From positions 12,861 through 76,860 of the forward strand of contig JAFRRM010000003.1 in NCBI GenBank assembly GCA_017428105.1: a DNA stretch of 64,000 bases. The letters are read 5' to 3'. This document shows positions 56,395-64,000 of the stretch, piece after piece. The notes below the pieces were generated by a model, which worked only from the letters and a program-made list of their open reading frames with translations, did no database searches and had not been told where the DNA came from. Numbering within the stretch: the first letter of the stretch is position 1; each line of letters begins with the position of its first letter. The translations under genes were made by a program, and so were the position numbers. The DNA comes from Lachnospiraceae bacterium (GTDB lineage Bacteria; Bacillota; Clostridia; Lachnospirales; Lachnospiraceae).

Positions 56395-59187
56395 ATGAAC
56401 TACGGGAAGGAAGAAGTCCGCCGCCAGCTGCAGAGCCGAAACAGCGCGGCCAAAAAAATGACGAACCGGGTCTTCATGCACCTGCTCAAGATCGCTTTTC
56501 TGGTCATCGTGCTGGGAACGTGCGTGGCGGGCAGTTTTGCCATGGGCACGATCCGGGGCATCATCGACACTTCCCCCGAACCGGAATCCCTGACCGTGAC
56601 GCCGCTCGGCATCGTCTCCGGCATTTACGATTCCGCGGGCAACCTGACCGAATCCCTCGTGAAATCCGGCGCCAACCGCGATCCCGTCGCTTACAGCGAG
56701 ATCCCGCGGGATCTGATCAATGCCTTCGTCGCCATCGAGGACGAGCGGTTCTGGACGCATGAAGGGGTGGACATCCGCGGCGTGCTGCGGTCCATGGCCT
56801 CCCTGCTGCTCAGCGGCCGCATCGAAAGCGGCGCCAGTACCATCACGCAGCAACTGATCAAGAACAACGTCTTCGACGGCGGCATGGAGCGCGGATGGGG
56901 CGCCCGCTTCATCCGGAAGTTCCAGGAGCAGTATCTGGCGCTTCGGCTGGATAAGGAAGTGGGCAAGGAAGACATCCTCATCAATTATCTGAACACCATC
57001 AATCTGGGGCAGAACAGCCTGGGCGTCCAGGTCGCCTCGCAGCGCTATTTCGGCAAGAACGTCCGCGAGCTGAACCTGTCCGAATGCGCCGCGCTGGCCG
57101 GCATCACCCAGAACCCGTACCGCTACAACCCCATCACGTTTCCGGAAAACAACGAAGTCCGCCGCCTGTCCGTTCTGAACCACATGGAAGACCAGGGTTA
57201 TATCACGGCGGAACAGAAAGCCGAAGCGCTTGCGGATACCGAAGCGCTGTACGAACGCATCCGCGAGAACAATCTGATCATCCAGGAACAGAAAACGCCG
57301 TACACCTATTTCACGGACTCCGTCATCACGGAAGTCCTGAGCGATCTGCAGACCGAACTGGGCTACAGCGAAGCCGACGCCTACACCATGCTCTACAGCG
57401 GCGGCCTGCATATCTACACCACGCAGAACCCCTCTTTCCAGCGCGTGCTGGACGAGGAAGTCAATAATCCGTCCAACTACCCGGACAGCGCTTTCCAGTG
57501 GTCGTTCACCTATACGGTCAACGCGACGCTGGCGGACGGGCGGGACGTGACGTATAACGAAAATCACGTCAAGCGCACGCTGAATCTGTCCACGCTGGTA
57601 TATGACAGCCAGGAGGAGATCCGGGAGGTCGTCAGCAGCTTCAAGGAGACCGTGTTCGGCGCGCACGACGTCATCGCGGACGAAAAGATCACCTTCACGC
57701 TGCAGCCGCAGCTGGCGGCCATCATCATGGACCAGTCCACCGGGCAGGTCCTGGCGATCTCCGGCGGCCGCGGGGACAAGGCCGTCAGCCGCTCCATGAA
57801 CCGCGCCACGCAGACGTACCGCTCGCCGGGCTCCACATTCAAGATCCTGACCACGTTCGCTCCTGCGCTGGACATCAAGGGCCAGACGCTCTCCAGCATC
57901 CAGCAGGACCTCCCGTTCACATACGAGGGCTTCACCATGAAGAACTGGTGGCCTTCCAATATGTGGCTGGGGAACTGCACGGCACGGCAGGCGATCGTGT
58001 ATTCGATGAACGTCGTGAGCGCGAATTTCCTGGTCAACACTGTAGGCATCGAGACGGGGTTCGAGTATGCGGAGAATTTCGGGATCTCCTCGCTGGTGCG
58101 CGAAAAAGAGATCGGCGGCCGCATCTATTCGGACCTGGGGCCGTCCCTGTGCCTGGGCGGCCTGACCAACGGTGCCAACCTGCTGGACGTGACGGGCGCG
58201 TTCGCGGCCATCGCGAATCAGGGGACTTACCGCGAGCCCATCTTCTATACGAAGATCACGGACCATGAAGGCAACGTCATTTTGGACAAGACGCAGCAGA
58301 TCCGCCAGGTCATCCGGCCCAGTACGGCGTACCTTTTGACCAGCGCCATGGCGGATTCCATGAAAGACGGGTCCTTCAAACAGACCTATTTCAAGCCCAG
58401 TTCCATGTCGGCCGCGCTGGCGGGCCGTATGCCTGCCGCCGGCAAATCCGGGACGGCCACGGACAACGCCGGGAAGGACCGGGACTACTGGTTCATCGGC
58501 TACACGCCGTATTATTCGATGGGCGTCTGGAGCGGGTTCGACGACGGTAGCATCCCGCTGCAGGACAACGTGGAGATGAATAATTACCACAAGACCGTCT
58601 GGAAAGCGGTCATGGACCGGCTCCATGTCAATCTCCCCGCCATCGACTTCCCCGTGCCCGACGACATCCGCACGGCCACGGTCTGCTCCTTAAGCGGCAA
58701 GCTGGCAGTTCCGGGCGTCTGCGAGCAGGATCCGAACTGCCAGGTCTATCAGGAATACTACGCGGCGGGCACGGAACCGACGGAATACTGCGACATCCAC
58801 GCCATCATCCAGATGTGCAGCCAGACGCATGAAGAAGCAAACGAGCACTGCCCGCGGACGTACGGCAAACTGTATTACCTGATGCCCATGACGGACGTGA
58901 TCACGCTGGATTCGGAATACATTTACCGGCCCGGCGTCAGTCCGGCCAAATGCGACGTTCACGAAGCGCTTGCTCCGCCGCCCACCCTGCCGCATACCTC
59001 AGCACCGGAAACGGAGGAGACCGAGGAACCTACGGAAGAAAGCACGGAGGCTCCCGGGGAGGAATCCGGGACATACGGGACGCTCCCTTACATCTCTCCC
59101 ACCTCTCCGACCGGATCCGGCTCCACGGAGGGATCCGAAAGCGGCCCGGCCGAGACCCTGCCGGTCAGCACGCTGCCAGGTCCGTAG
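56395..59187 (+). CDS. Class A penicillin-binding protein (transglycosylase/transpeptidase)
   Basis: N-terminal TM anchor, GT51 motifs (AIEDERFWTHEGVD, GASTITQQL, RKFQE) and transpeptidase SPGSTFK, SMN and KSGT motifs. It ends in a P/T/E/S-rich low-complexity tail. Confidence 0.9.
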   Translation: MNYGKEEVRRQLQSRNSAAKKMTNRVFMHLLKIAFLVIVLGTCVAGSFAMGTIRGIIDTSPEPESLTVTPLGIVSGIYDSAGNLTESLVKSGANRDPVAYSEIPRDLINAFVAIEDERFWTHEGVDIRGVLRSMASLLLSGRIESGASTITQQLIKNNVFDGGMERGWGARFIRKFQEQYLALRLDKEVGKEDILINYLNTINLGQNSLGVQVASQRYFGKNVRELNLSECAALAGITQNPYRYNPITFPENNEVRRLSVLNHMEDQGYITAEQKAEALADTEALYERIRENNLIIQEQKTPYTYFTDSVITEVLSDLQTELGYSEADAYTMLYSGGLHIYTTQNPSFQRVLDEEVNNPSNYPDSAFQWSFTYTVNATLADGRDVTYNENHVKRTLNLSTLVYDSQEEIREVVSSFKETVFGAHDVIADEKITFTLQPQLAAIIMDQSTGQVLAISGGRGDKAVSRSMNRATQTYRSPGSTFKILTTFAPALDIKGQTLSSIQQDLPFTYEGFTMKNWWPSNMWLGNCTARQAIVYSMNVVSANFLVNTVGIETGFEYAENFGISSLVREKEIGGRIYSDLGPSLCLGGLTNGANLLDVTGAFAAIANQGTYREPIFYTKITDHEGNVILDKTQQIRQVIRPSTAYLLTSAMADSMKDGSFKQTYFKPSSMSAALAGRMPAAGKSGTATDNAGKDRDYWFIGYTPYYSMGVWSGFDDGSIPLQDNVEMNNYHKTVWKAVMDRLHVNLPAIDFPVPDDIRTATVCSLSGKLAVPGVCEQDPNCQVYQEYYAAGTEPTEYCDIHAIIQMCSQTHEEANEHCPRTYGKLYYLMPMTDVITLDSEYIYRPGVSPAKCDVHEALAPPPTLPHTSAPETEETEEPTEESTEAPGEESGTYGTLPYISPTSPTGSGSTEGSESGPAETLPVSTLPGP

Positions 59188-59750
59188 ACGGGACGGTCTT
59201 GCGCCCGAAAGCGGTACATGATCTTGGACGACTCATGGATCATCTCCGTGACGTCGTCGACTGAGATCGGTTTTCCGTTGTTCAGCCATTCCAGCACGCA
59301 ATTGAGCACGCCGGCATTATGATAATAGGCGGTATAATACCGGACCGGGTCCGGGGTCGGCCCCAGCGAGACTTCCACCTGGGCCCTAACGATAAGGATC
59401 CGGTACCGGCCGCTGTTTACGCAGGTACAGAAACGCCGCAGCGTCGGATCGGCCAGAAAATGACGAAGATAGGAGTCGATAAGGTCCCGCGCCACCCCGC
59501 CGTTCTCCAGCGGCAGATCCCATTGCGTTGAGAATCCCTCGCAAACTTCTGCCACACTGTCCCGCAGTACCTCCTGGATGAGATGATCCATATATTCATA
59601 ATGCGCATAAAAGGTAGAGCGGTTCACGCCTGCCTTCCTGCAAAGTTCCACAACGGAAATATCCTCCGGTTCTTTTGTCCTGAACAGTTCCAGAAACGCC
59701 GCTTTCAGCGCAGCCCTGCTCTGCTCTCCTCTGATGACTCTCCGATCCAT
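59088..59750 (-). CDS. TetR/AcrR-family transcriptional regulator
   Basis: N-terminal HTH (ISVVELCRKAGVNRSTFYAHY). The last ~33 codons overlap the convergent PBP gene. Confidence 0.8.
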   Translation of the reverse strand: MDRRVIRGEQSRAALKAAFLELFRTKEPEDISVVELCRKAGVNRSTFYAHYEYMDHLIQEVLRDSVAEVCEGFSTQWDLPLENGGVARDLIDSYLRHFLADPTLRRFCTCVNSGRYRILIVRAQVEVSLGPTPDPVRYYTAYYHNAGVLNCVLEWLNNGKPISVDDVTEMIHESSKIMYRFRAQDRPVYGPGSVLTGRVSAGPLSDPSVEPDPVGEVGEM

Positions 59751-59764
59751 GATCTCTCCCGAAG

Positions 59765-59786
59765 AATTCCGACAGATGTCGGAATT
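59765..59786. promoter_or_regulatory. Perfect 22-bp palindrome, candidate TetR operator
   Basis: AATTCCGACA-GA-TGTCGGAATT lies 14 nt upstream of the TetR ATG and 6 nt upstream of the predicted -35 of the hydrogenase operon promoter. Confidence 0.55.
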
Positions 59787-59792
59787 TGTTTG

Positions 59793-59821
59793 TTGTCATT
59801 CATTTTAAAGGTGTTTATAAT
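59793..59821 (+). promoter_or_regulatory. Candidate sigma-A promoter of the hydrogenase operon
   Basis: TTGTCA (59793-59798), 17-nt spacer, TATAAT (59816-59821). Confidence 0.45.
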
Positions 59822-59899
59822 TTTTGTAAAGCAAAAAAACCGCCTATATTTGTGGTTTTTTACTCGTTGTTTCAAAAATAATGATAAAGAGGAACGACT

Positions 59900-61732
59900 A
59901 TGAGCAGACTGAAGATCAGAACGAGAAGCCAGGCTCAGGAGCTCGTGGACAGCATGTACGCGGGGATGGAGCGCCGGATCGCGGCCAGTCCCTCCGGACT
60001 GTGTCCCATCGACATCACGCTCAGCTTTCTGAACCTGTGCCACGCCCAATCCTGCGGGAAATGCACGCCCTGCCGGATCGGTCTGGGTCAGCTGTCCGCC
60101 CTGCTGCGTCAAGTGTTGGACGGCGAAGCCGACATGGCAACCCTGGACCGGATCAAGGCAACGGCCCGGAACATCGCGGATTCCGCCGACTGTGCCATCG
60201 GCTTCAACGCCGCCACCCTGGTCCTGAACGGGCTGGCCGGCTTTGAGGACGACTTCAGGGAGCACATCCTGCACCACCAGTGCCTGGCCTCGCACCGCAA
60301 TTCCGTGCCGTGCATCACGCTTTGCCCGGCCGGCGTGGACGTGCCCGGCTACATCTCCCTGATCGCCGACGGCCGTCCCGCGGACGCCGTGAAACTGATC
60401 CGCAAGGATAACCCTCTTCCCACTGCCTGCGCGTATATCTGCGAGCATCCCTGCGAGAGCCGCTGCCGCCGCAGCATGGTCGATGATCCCATCAACATTC
60501 GTGGGCTGAAAAAATTTGCGGTAGACCAGGCCGGCCAGGTCCCGAATCCTCCGTGCGCGGAAAGCACCGGGAAGAAAGTTGCCATCATCGGCGGCGGTCC
60601 CAGCGGCCTGTCCGCGGCCTATTATCTGCAGCTTATGGGTCATCAGGCGGTCGTTTTCGAAAAGCGCAAACAGCTGGGCGGCATGCTCCGCTACGGCATT
60701 CCCAGCTACCGCTTCCCGCGCGAAAAACTGGACGCGGAGATCGCTTCGATCCTGTCCACCGGCATTGAAACCCACACCGGGATCGATATCGGCAAGGATA
60801 TCACTATAGAGCAGCTGACAAAGGATTACGATGCGGTCTATATCGCGATCGGTGCCCACACGGACCGTAAAGCCGGCCTGCCCGGTGAGGATGCCGGCCA
60901 CGTGACCAGCGCCGTCGAGATGCTGCGCGGGATCGGCGACTGGCAGATGCCCGATTTCACCGGCAAGAAGGTCGTCGTCATCGGCGGCGGCAACGTCGCG
61001 ATGGACGTGAACCGTTCCGCGATCCGTCTGGGCGCGGAGAAAGTCACCTGCGTATACCGGCGCCGCCAGGCGGACATGACCGCTCTGCCCGAGGAAGTGG
61101 AAGGCGCGCTGGCGGAAGGCGTGGAGCTCCTGACCATGATGGCCCCCGTCCGCATCGAATCGGACGAGGAAGGCAACGCGGTCGCCCTGTGGGTGAAGCC
61201 ACAGGTCTCCGGCGCGTTTGACAAAGGCGGCCGTCCTTCCCCCGTGAGCTCCGACCTGCCGGAGATCCGGGTCCCGGCGGACCTGATCGTCATGGCGATC
61301 GGCCAGGGCATCGAATCCCGCCACTTCGAGGAATCCGGCATCACGGTGAAGCGGGGCAACCTGCTGGCTGGCGACGACGCCCACATCGGCGATGAAAAAG
61401 TCTTCGCCGGCGGCGACTGCGTTACCGGGCCCGCCACCGCCATCCGGGCCATCGCGGCCGGCAAAGTGGCCGCTGCGAACATCGACGAGTTCCTCGGCTT
61501 CCGGCACGAGATCTCCGCGGACGTGGTCCTGCCCGCCCCGAAGATCAACAGCGTGGTGCCGCGCGGCCGCATCAATCTGACCGAACGCGAAGCCAGCGAA
61601 CGGAAAAAAGATTTTGACGCCATCGAGCATGAAATGACCTGCCTGCAGGCGAACCTGGAATCTTCCCGCTGCCTGCACTGCGACTATTTCGGCTTCGGCA
61701 ATTTCAGAGGAGGGAGAGAAACCAAATGGTAA
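59900..61732 (+). CDS. Fusion of a NuoF-C-terminal-type 4Fe-4S module with a GltD-like NAD(P)H-dependent flavin oxidoreductase
   Basis: N-terminal ~130 aa carries SCGKCTPCRIG (NuoF-type cluster motif). This is followed by Fe-S Cys motifs (CPAGVD.., CEHPCESRC), then GGGPSGLSAAYYL and VIGGGNVAMD dinucleotide folds as in the glutamate synthase small subunit. Confidence 0.8.
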   Translation: MSRLKIRTRSQAQELVDSMYAGMERRIAASPSGLCPIDITLSFLNLCHAQSCGKCTPCRIGLGQLSALLRQVLDGEADMATLDRIKATARNIADSADCAIGFNAATLVLNGLAGFEDDFREHILHHQCLASHRNSVPCITLCPAGVDVPGYISLIADGRPADAVKLIRKDNPLPTACAYICEHPCESRCRRSMVDDPINIRGLKKFAVDQAGQVPNPPCAESTGKKVAIIGGGPSGLSAAYYLQLMGHQAVVFEKRKQLGGMLRYGIPSYRFPREKLDAEIASILSTGIETHTGIDIGKDITIEQLTKDYDAVYIAIGAHTDRKAGLPGEDAGHVTSAVEMLRGIGDWQMPDFTGKKVVVIGGGNVAMDVNRSAIRLGAEKVTCVYRRRQADMTALPEEVEGALAEGVELLTMMAPVRIESDEEGNAVALWVKPQVSGAFDKGGRPSPVSSDLPEIRVPADLIVMAIGQGIESRHFEESGITVKRGNLLAGDDAHIGDEKVFAGGDCVTGPATAIRAIAAGKVAAANIDEFLGFRHEISADVVLPAPKINSVVPRGRINLTEREASERKKDFDAIEHEMTCLQANLESSRCLHCDYFGFGNFRGGRETKW

Positions 61733-63480
61733 AGCTGACGATTGACGGACGGGAAGCGCTCGTCCCCGAAGGTTCCACGATCCTGGAAGCGGCGGCGTCC
61801 CTCGGGATCAGGATCCCGACCCTCTGCTACCTGAAAGACATCAACGAGATCTCCGCCTGCCGCATCTGCGTGGTCGAGGTGGAAGGACTTGAACGCCTGG
61901 TGCCTTCCTGCACCGAAAAGGTCGCGGAAGGCATGGTCGTATCCACCAATTCGCACCGCGCCAAAACAGCGCGCGAAACGAACCTGAAACTGATCCTTTC
62001 CCAGCATGACGGCGACTGCACCACCTGCGTGCGCAATCAGAACTGCCAGCTGCAGGATCTGGCTTCGGAGTGCAACATCATCGATAACCCCTATCCGAAG
62101 GACGTGAAAAAGAACGACTGGCCGGAGAGCAGCTACCTGATCCGCAAGGAAAGCAAATGCATCAAGTGCATGCGCTGCGTCCAGGTCTGCGACAAGATCC
62201 AGACGCTGAAGATCTGGGATGTCAAGGGCAGCGGGTCCCGCACCACGGTCGGTGTGCGCCTCAACCGGCTGTTCACCGAAGCGGACTGCGCCCTGTGCGG
62301 CCAGTGCATCACGCATTGCCCGACCGGCGCGCTCTCCATCCGTGACGACACCGCAAAAGTGACGGCGGCTCTGGAAGATCCGGAGATCACCACCGTCGTC
62401 CAGGTCGCCCCGGCCGTTCGTACCGCCTGGGCCGAATACCTGGGCCTGACCCGCGAGGAAGCGACCGTCGGAAGAATGGCCGCCGCCCTGCGCGCCCTGG
62501 GCTTCGATTACGTCTTCGATACCAATTTCACCGCCGACCTGACGATCATGGAGGAAGGCAGCGAGTTCATCGAACGCTTCACGCACCGTGATCAGTATAA
62601 CTGGCCGATGTTCACATCCTGTTGCCCCGGCTGGGTCCGCTTTGTTAAATCCCAGTTCCCGGAATATACGACGAACCTGTCCACCGCCAAATCTCCGCAG
62701 GCCATGTTCGGTGCCGTCGCCAAGAGTTATTTTGCGGAAAAGATCGGCGTGGATCCGCACAAGATGCGCGTGATCTCCGTCATGCCCTGCACCGCCAAAA
62801 AGTCCGAATGCGACATTCCCAACCTGAAAGATGCCTGCGGCGACCCTGACGTGGACGTGGTCATCACGACCCGCGAACTGGGCCGGCTGCTCCGCGCCTA
62901 TCACGTGAACGTCCCCGCGCTGCAGGATGAGCCGTTCGACTCGCCGCTTGGCAGCGGCACCGGGGCGGCCGTCATCTTCGGCGCGACCGGCGGCGTCATG
63001 GACGCAGCGCTCCGCAGCGCCTACTACCTGGTAACGGGAACCAATCCGCCTGCCGACGCCTTCACCGCGGTCCGCGGCATGAAGGGTTGGAAAGAGGCGA
63101 ATTTCGAAGTGCCCGGCGCCGGAACGGTCCGGGTAGCCGTCGTCAGCGGCCTGGGCAACACCCGTCAGCTCATGGAATCCTTAAAACGCGGCGACGCCGA
63201 GTACGACTTCGTTGAGATCATGGCCTGTCCCGGCGGCTGCTCCGGCGGCGGCGGACAGCCGATCCACGAAGGAGAAGAACTGGCGGATACCCGCGGACAG
63301 ATCCTCTGGAATCTGGATAAAAACAGCGTGATCCGCTATTCGCACGAAAACCCGGACGTCATTGCGCTGTACCGGGAATACCTGGAGAAGCCGCTTGGCC
63401 AAAAGTCCCATCACCTGCTGCACACGGATCTGACCGAATGGTCCGTTCCGATGAATCCCATCCTGCAGGAAAAGGCGTAA
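61726..63480 (+). CDS. [FeFe]-hydrogenase catalytic subunit, group A (M3 architecture)
   Basis: N-terminal 2Fe-2S domain, a His-ligated cluster region (HDGDCTTCVRNQNC) and two ferredoxin CxxCxxCxxxCP motifs. H-cluster motifs FTSCCPGW, MPCTAKKSE and EIMACPGGCSGGGGQP are all present, followed by a small-subunit-like C-terminus. 7-nt overlap with the upstream gene. Confidence 0.9.
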   Translation: MVKLTIDGREALVPEGSTILEAAASLGIRIPTLCYLKDINEISACRICVVEVEGLERLVPSCTEKVAEGMVVSTNSHRAKTARETNLKLILSQHDGDCTTCVRNQNCQLQDLASECNIIDNPYPKDVKKNDWPESSYLIRKESKCIKCMRCVQVCDKIQTLKIWDVKGSGSRTTVGVRLNRLFTEADCALCGQCITHCPTGALSIRDDTAKVTAALEDPEITTVVQVAPAVRTAWAEYLGLTREEATVGRMAAALRALGFDYVFDTNFTADLTIMEEGSEFIERFTHRDQYNWPMFTSCCPGWVRFVKSQFPEYTTNLSTAKSPQAMFGAVAKSYFAEKIGVDPHKMRVISVMPCTAKKSECDIPNLKDACGDPDVDVVITTRELGRLLRAYHVNVPALQDEPFDSPLGSGTGAAVIFGATGGVMDAALRSAYYLVTGTNPPADAFTAVRGMKGWKEANFEVPGAGTVRVAVVSGLGNTRQLMESLKRGDAEYDFVEIMACPGGCSGGGGQPIHEGEELADTRGQILWNLDKNSVIRYSHENPDVIALYREYLEKPLGQKSHHLLHTDLTEWSVPMNPILQEKA

Positions 63481-63488
63481 AAACGCCG

Positions 63489-63548
63489 CCTCTCCCGTCC
63501 TTTCCGGAATGATCCTTCCAACTTTTCCGGAAAGGCGGGGAGGTTTTC
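63489..63548 (+). terminator. Probable terminator after the hydrogenase gene
   Basis: Long imperfect hairpin CCTCTCCCGTCCTTTCCGG ... CCGGAAAGGCGGGGAGG followed by TTTTCTG. Confidence 0.55.
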
Positions 63549-63575
63549 TGTAGTTGTGCTTTTTTAAGAATAACT

Positions 63576-63616
63576 AAAAACGGACTGCTGCATCAGATGC
63601 AGCAGTCCGCTTTGTT
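63576..63616. terminator. Hairpin terminator, mainly serving the minus-strand gene at 63632-64000
   Basis: CGGACTGCTGCATC / GATGCAGCAGTCCG near-perfect palindrome, flanked by AAAAA (T-run on the minus strand) and CTTTGTT. Confidence 0.7.
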
Positions 63617-63631
63617 ATGGGCAGGCCAGGA

Positions 63632-64000
63632 TCAGTCCGGAATGACCGGCGTCCAGTACTGCTGATTGTAGATGTCCGTAAAGCGGAACAGCGGCTGCGC
63701 GTTCTTCTGGTCGCGGTCACTGAGCAGCATAGTGCTGACCGTGAGGCCGTCCGCGCCGACAGTGATCTGCTGACCGATCTTGTAGGAATCCTGGTACACG
63801 GCGTTGTAATCGTAGTAATCGCAGATGAAATCGATCACGTCGCCTGCCTGGATGCCTTTCAGATCCGTGGCCACGGTCTCCTGCTGTCCGTCGATATCAA
63901 ACGTGAAGACTTCAGAATTATCCGCGCCGACCGCCGTCTTGGCATTCATTCCTTCATTCTCTTCATCCAGATAGACGTTGCGCACGCCGGCGACATAGCC
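63632..64000 (-). CDS. Hypothetical protein, C-terminal part (the gene continues past the window end)
   Basis: The frame stays open to position 64000 (..GYVAGVRNVYLDEENEG..). A terminator follows the stop. I recognise no family. Confidence 0.45.
   Translation of the reverse strand, partial: GYVAGVRNVYLDEENEGMNAKTAVGADNSEVFTFDIDGQQETVATDLKGIQAGDVIDFICDYYDYNAVYQDSYKIGQQITVGADGLTVSTMLLSDRDQKNAQPLFRFTDIYNQQYWTPVIPD

Noticed and set aside
56275-58626. The upstream 784 codons of the 1001-aa minus-strand ORF 55621-58626.
   Set aside because: Only the last 217 codons encode a recognisable YigZ/IMPACT protein, with its own ATG at 56274. The remainder is antisense to the well-supported PBP gene.
1-64000. 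A window-wide look for tRNA, rRNA, tmRNA, SRP RNA, CRISPR repeats, IS elements and toxin-antitoxin or defence gene pairs.
   Set aside because: No T-loop/acceptor-like sequences occur in intergenic DNA. I saw no regular direct repeat arrays and no transposase or inverted terminal repeats. Every intergenic gap over 100 nt is accounted for by promoters and terminators. The eye-scan cannot exclude small ncRNAs.

Overview
This is a GC-rich, gene-dense chromosomal segment that looks like a Clostridia (Oscillospiraceae/Ruminococcaceae-type) core genome. That placement rests on gene order and protein motifs only. I support about 64 protein-coding genes, nearly all housekeeping. In order they are: dnaE (3' part), relA, hemZ-like, hisS; the ylxM-ffh-rpsP-KH-rimM-trmD-rplS block; lepB-rbgA-lepB-rnhB-yraN; prs-like, DUF512, der, plsY, guaB; the lexA/LysM SOS locus; recO-era; M16 and U32 peptidases, rnj, ruvX, ireB; potABCD; coaE, a PrsA-like foldase, rpoD; galE; a pseudouridine synthase; topB; class A PBP; and an [FeFe]-hydrogenase pair. 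I found no tRNA, rRNA, CRISPR array, transposase or recognisable defence island. The many long antisense ORFs in the track are GC-driven shadow frames. I do not see an unambiguous novel system. The candidates worth a second look are: (1) a 2.6-kb segment holding a tyrosine recombinase, bracketed by a 25-nt direct repeat that doubles as the guaB and ttcA-like terminator hairpins; (2) a translationally coupled ECF sigma / membrane protein / GIY-YIG nuclease / topoisomerase III (+cupin) operon; (3) a GtrA / UGM-like flavoprotein / GT-C-like membrane protein module inserted between rplS and lepB; (4) an [FeFe]-hydrogenase coupled to a NuoF-module/GltD-like fusion, with a divergent TetR gene and a perfect 22-bp palindrome; (5) a stand-alone MltG N-terminal-domain protein with no catalytic domain. 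All functional calls come from motifs read in the translations and from remembered synteny. No database search was run.
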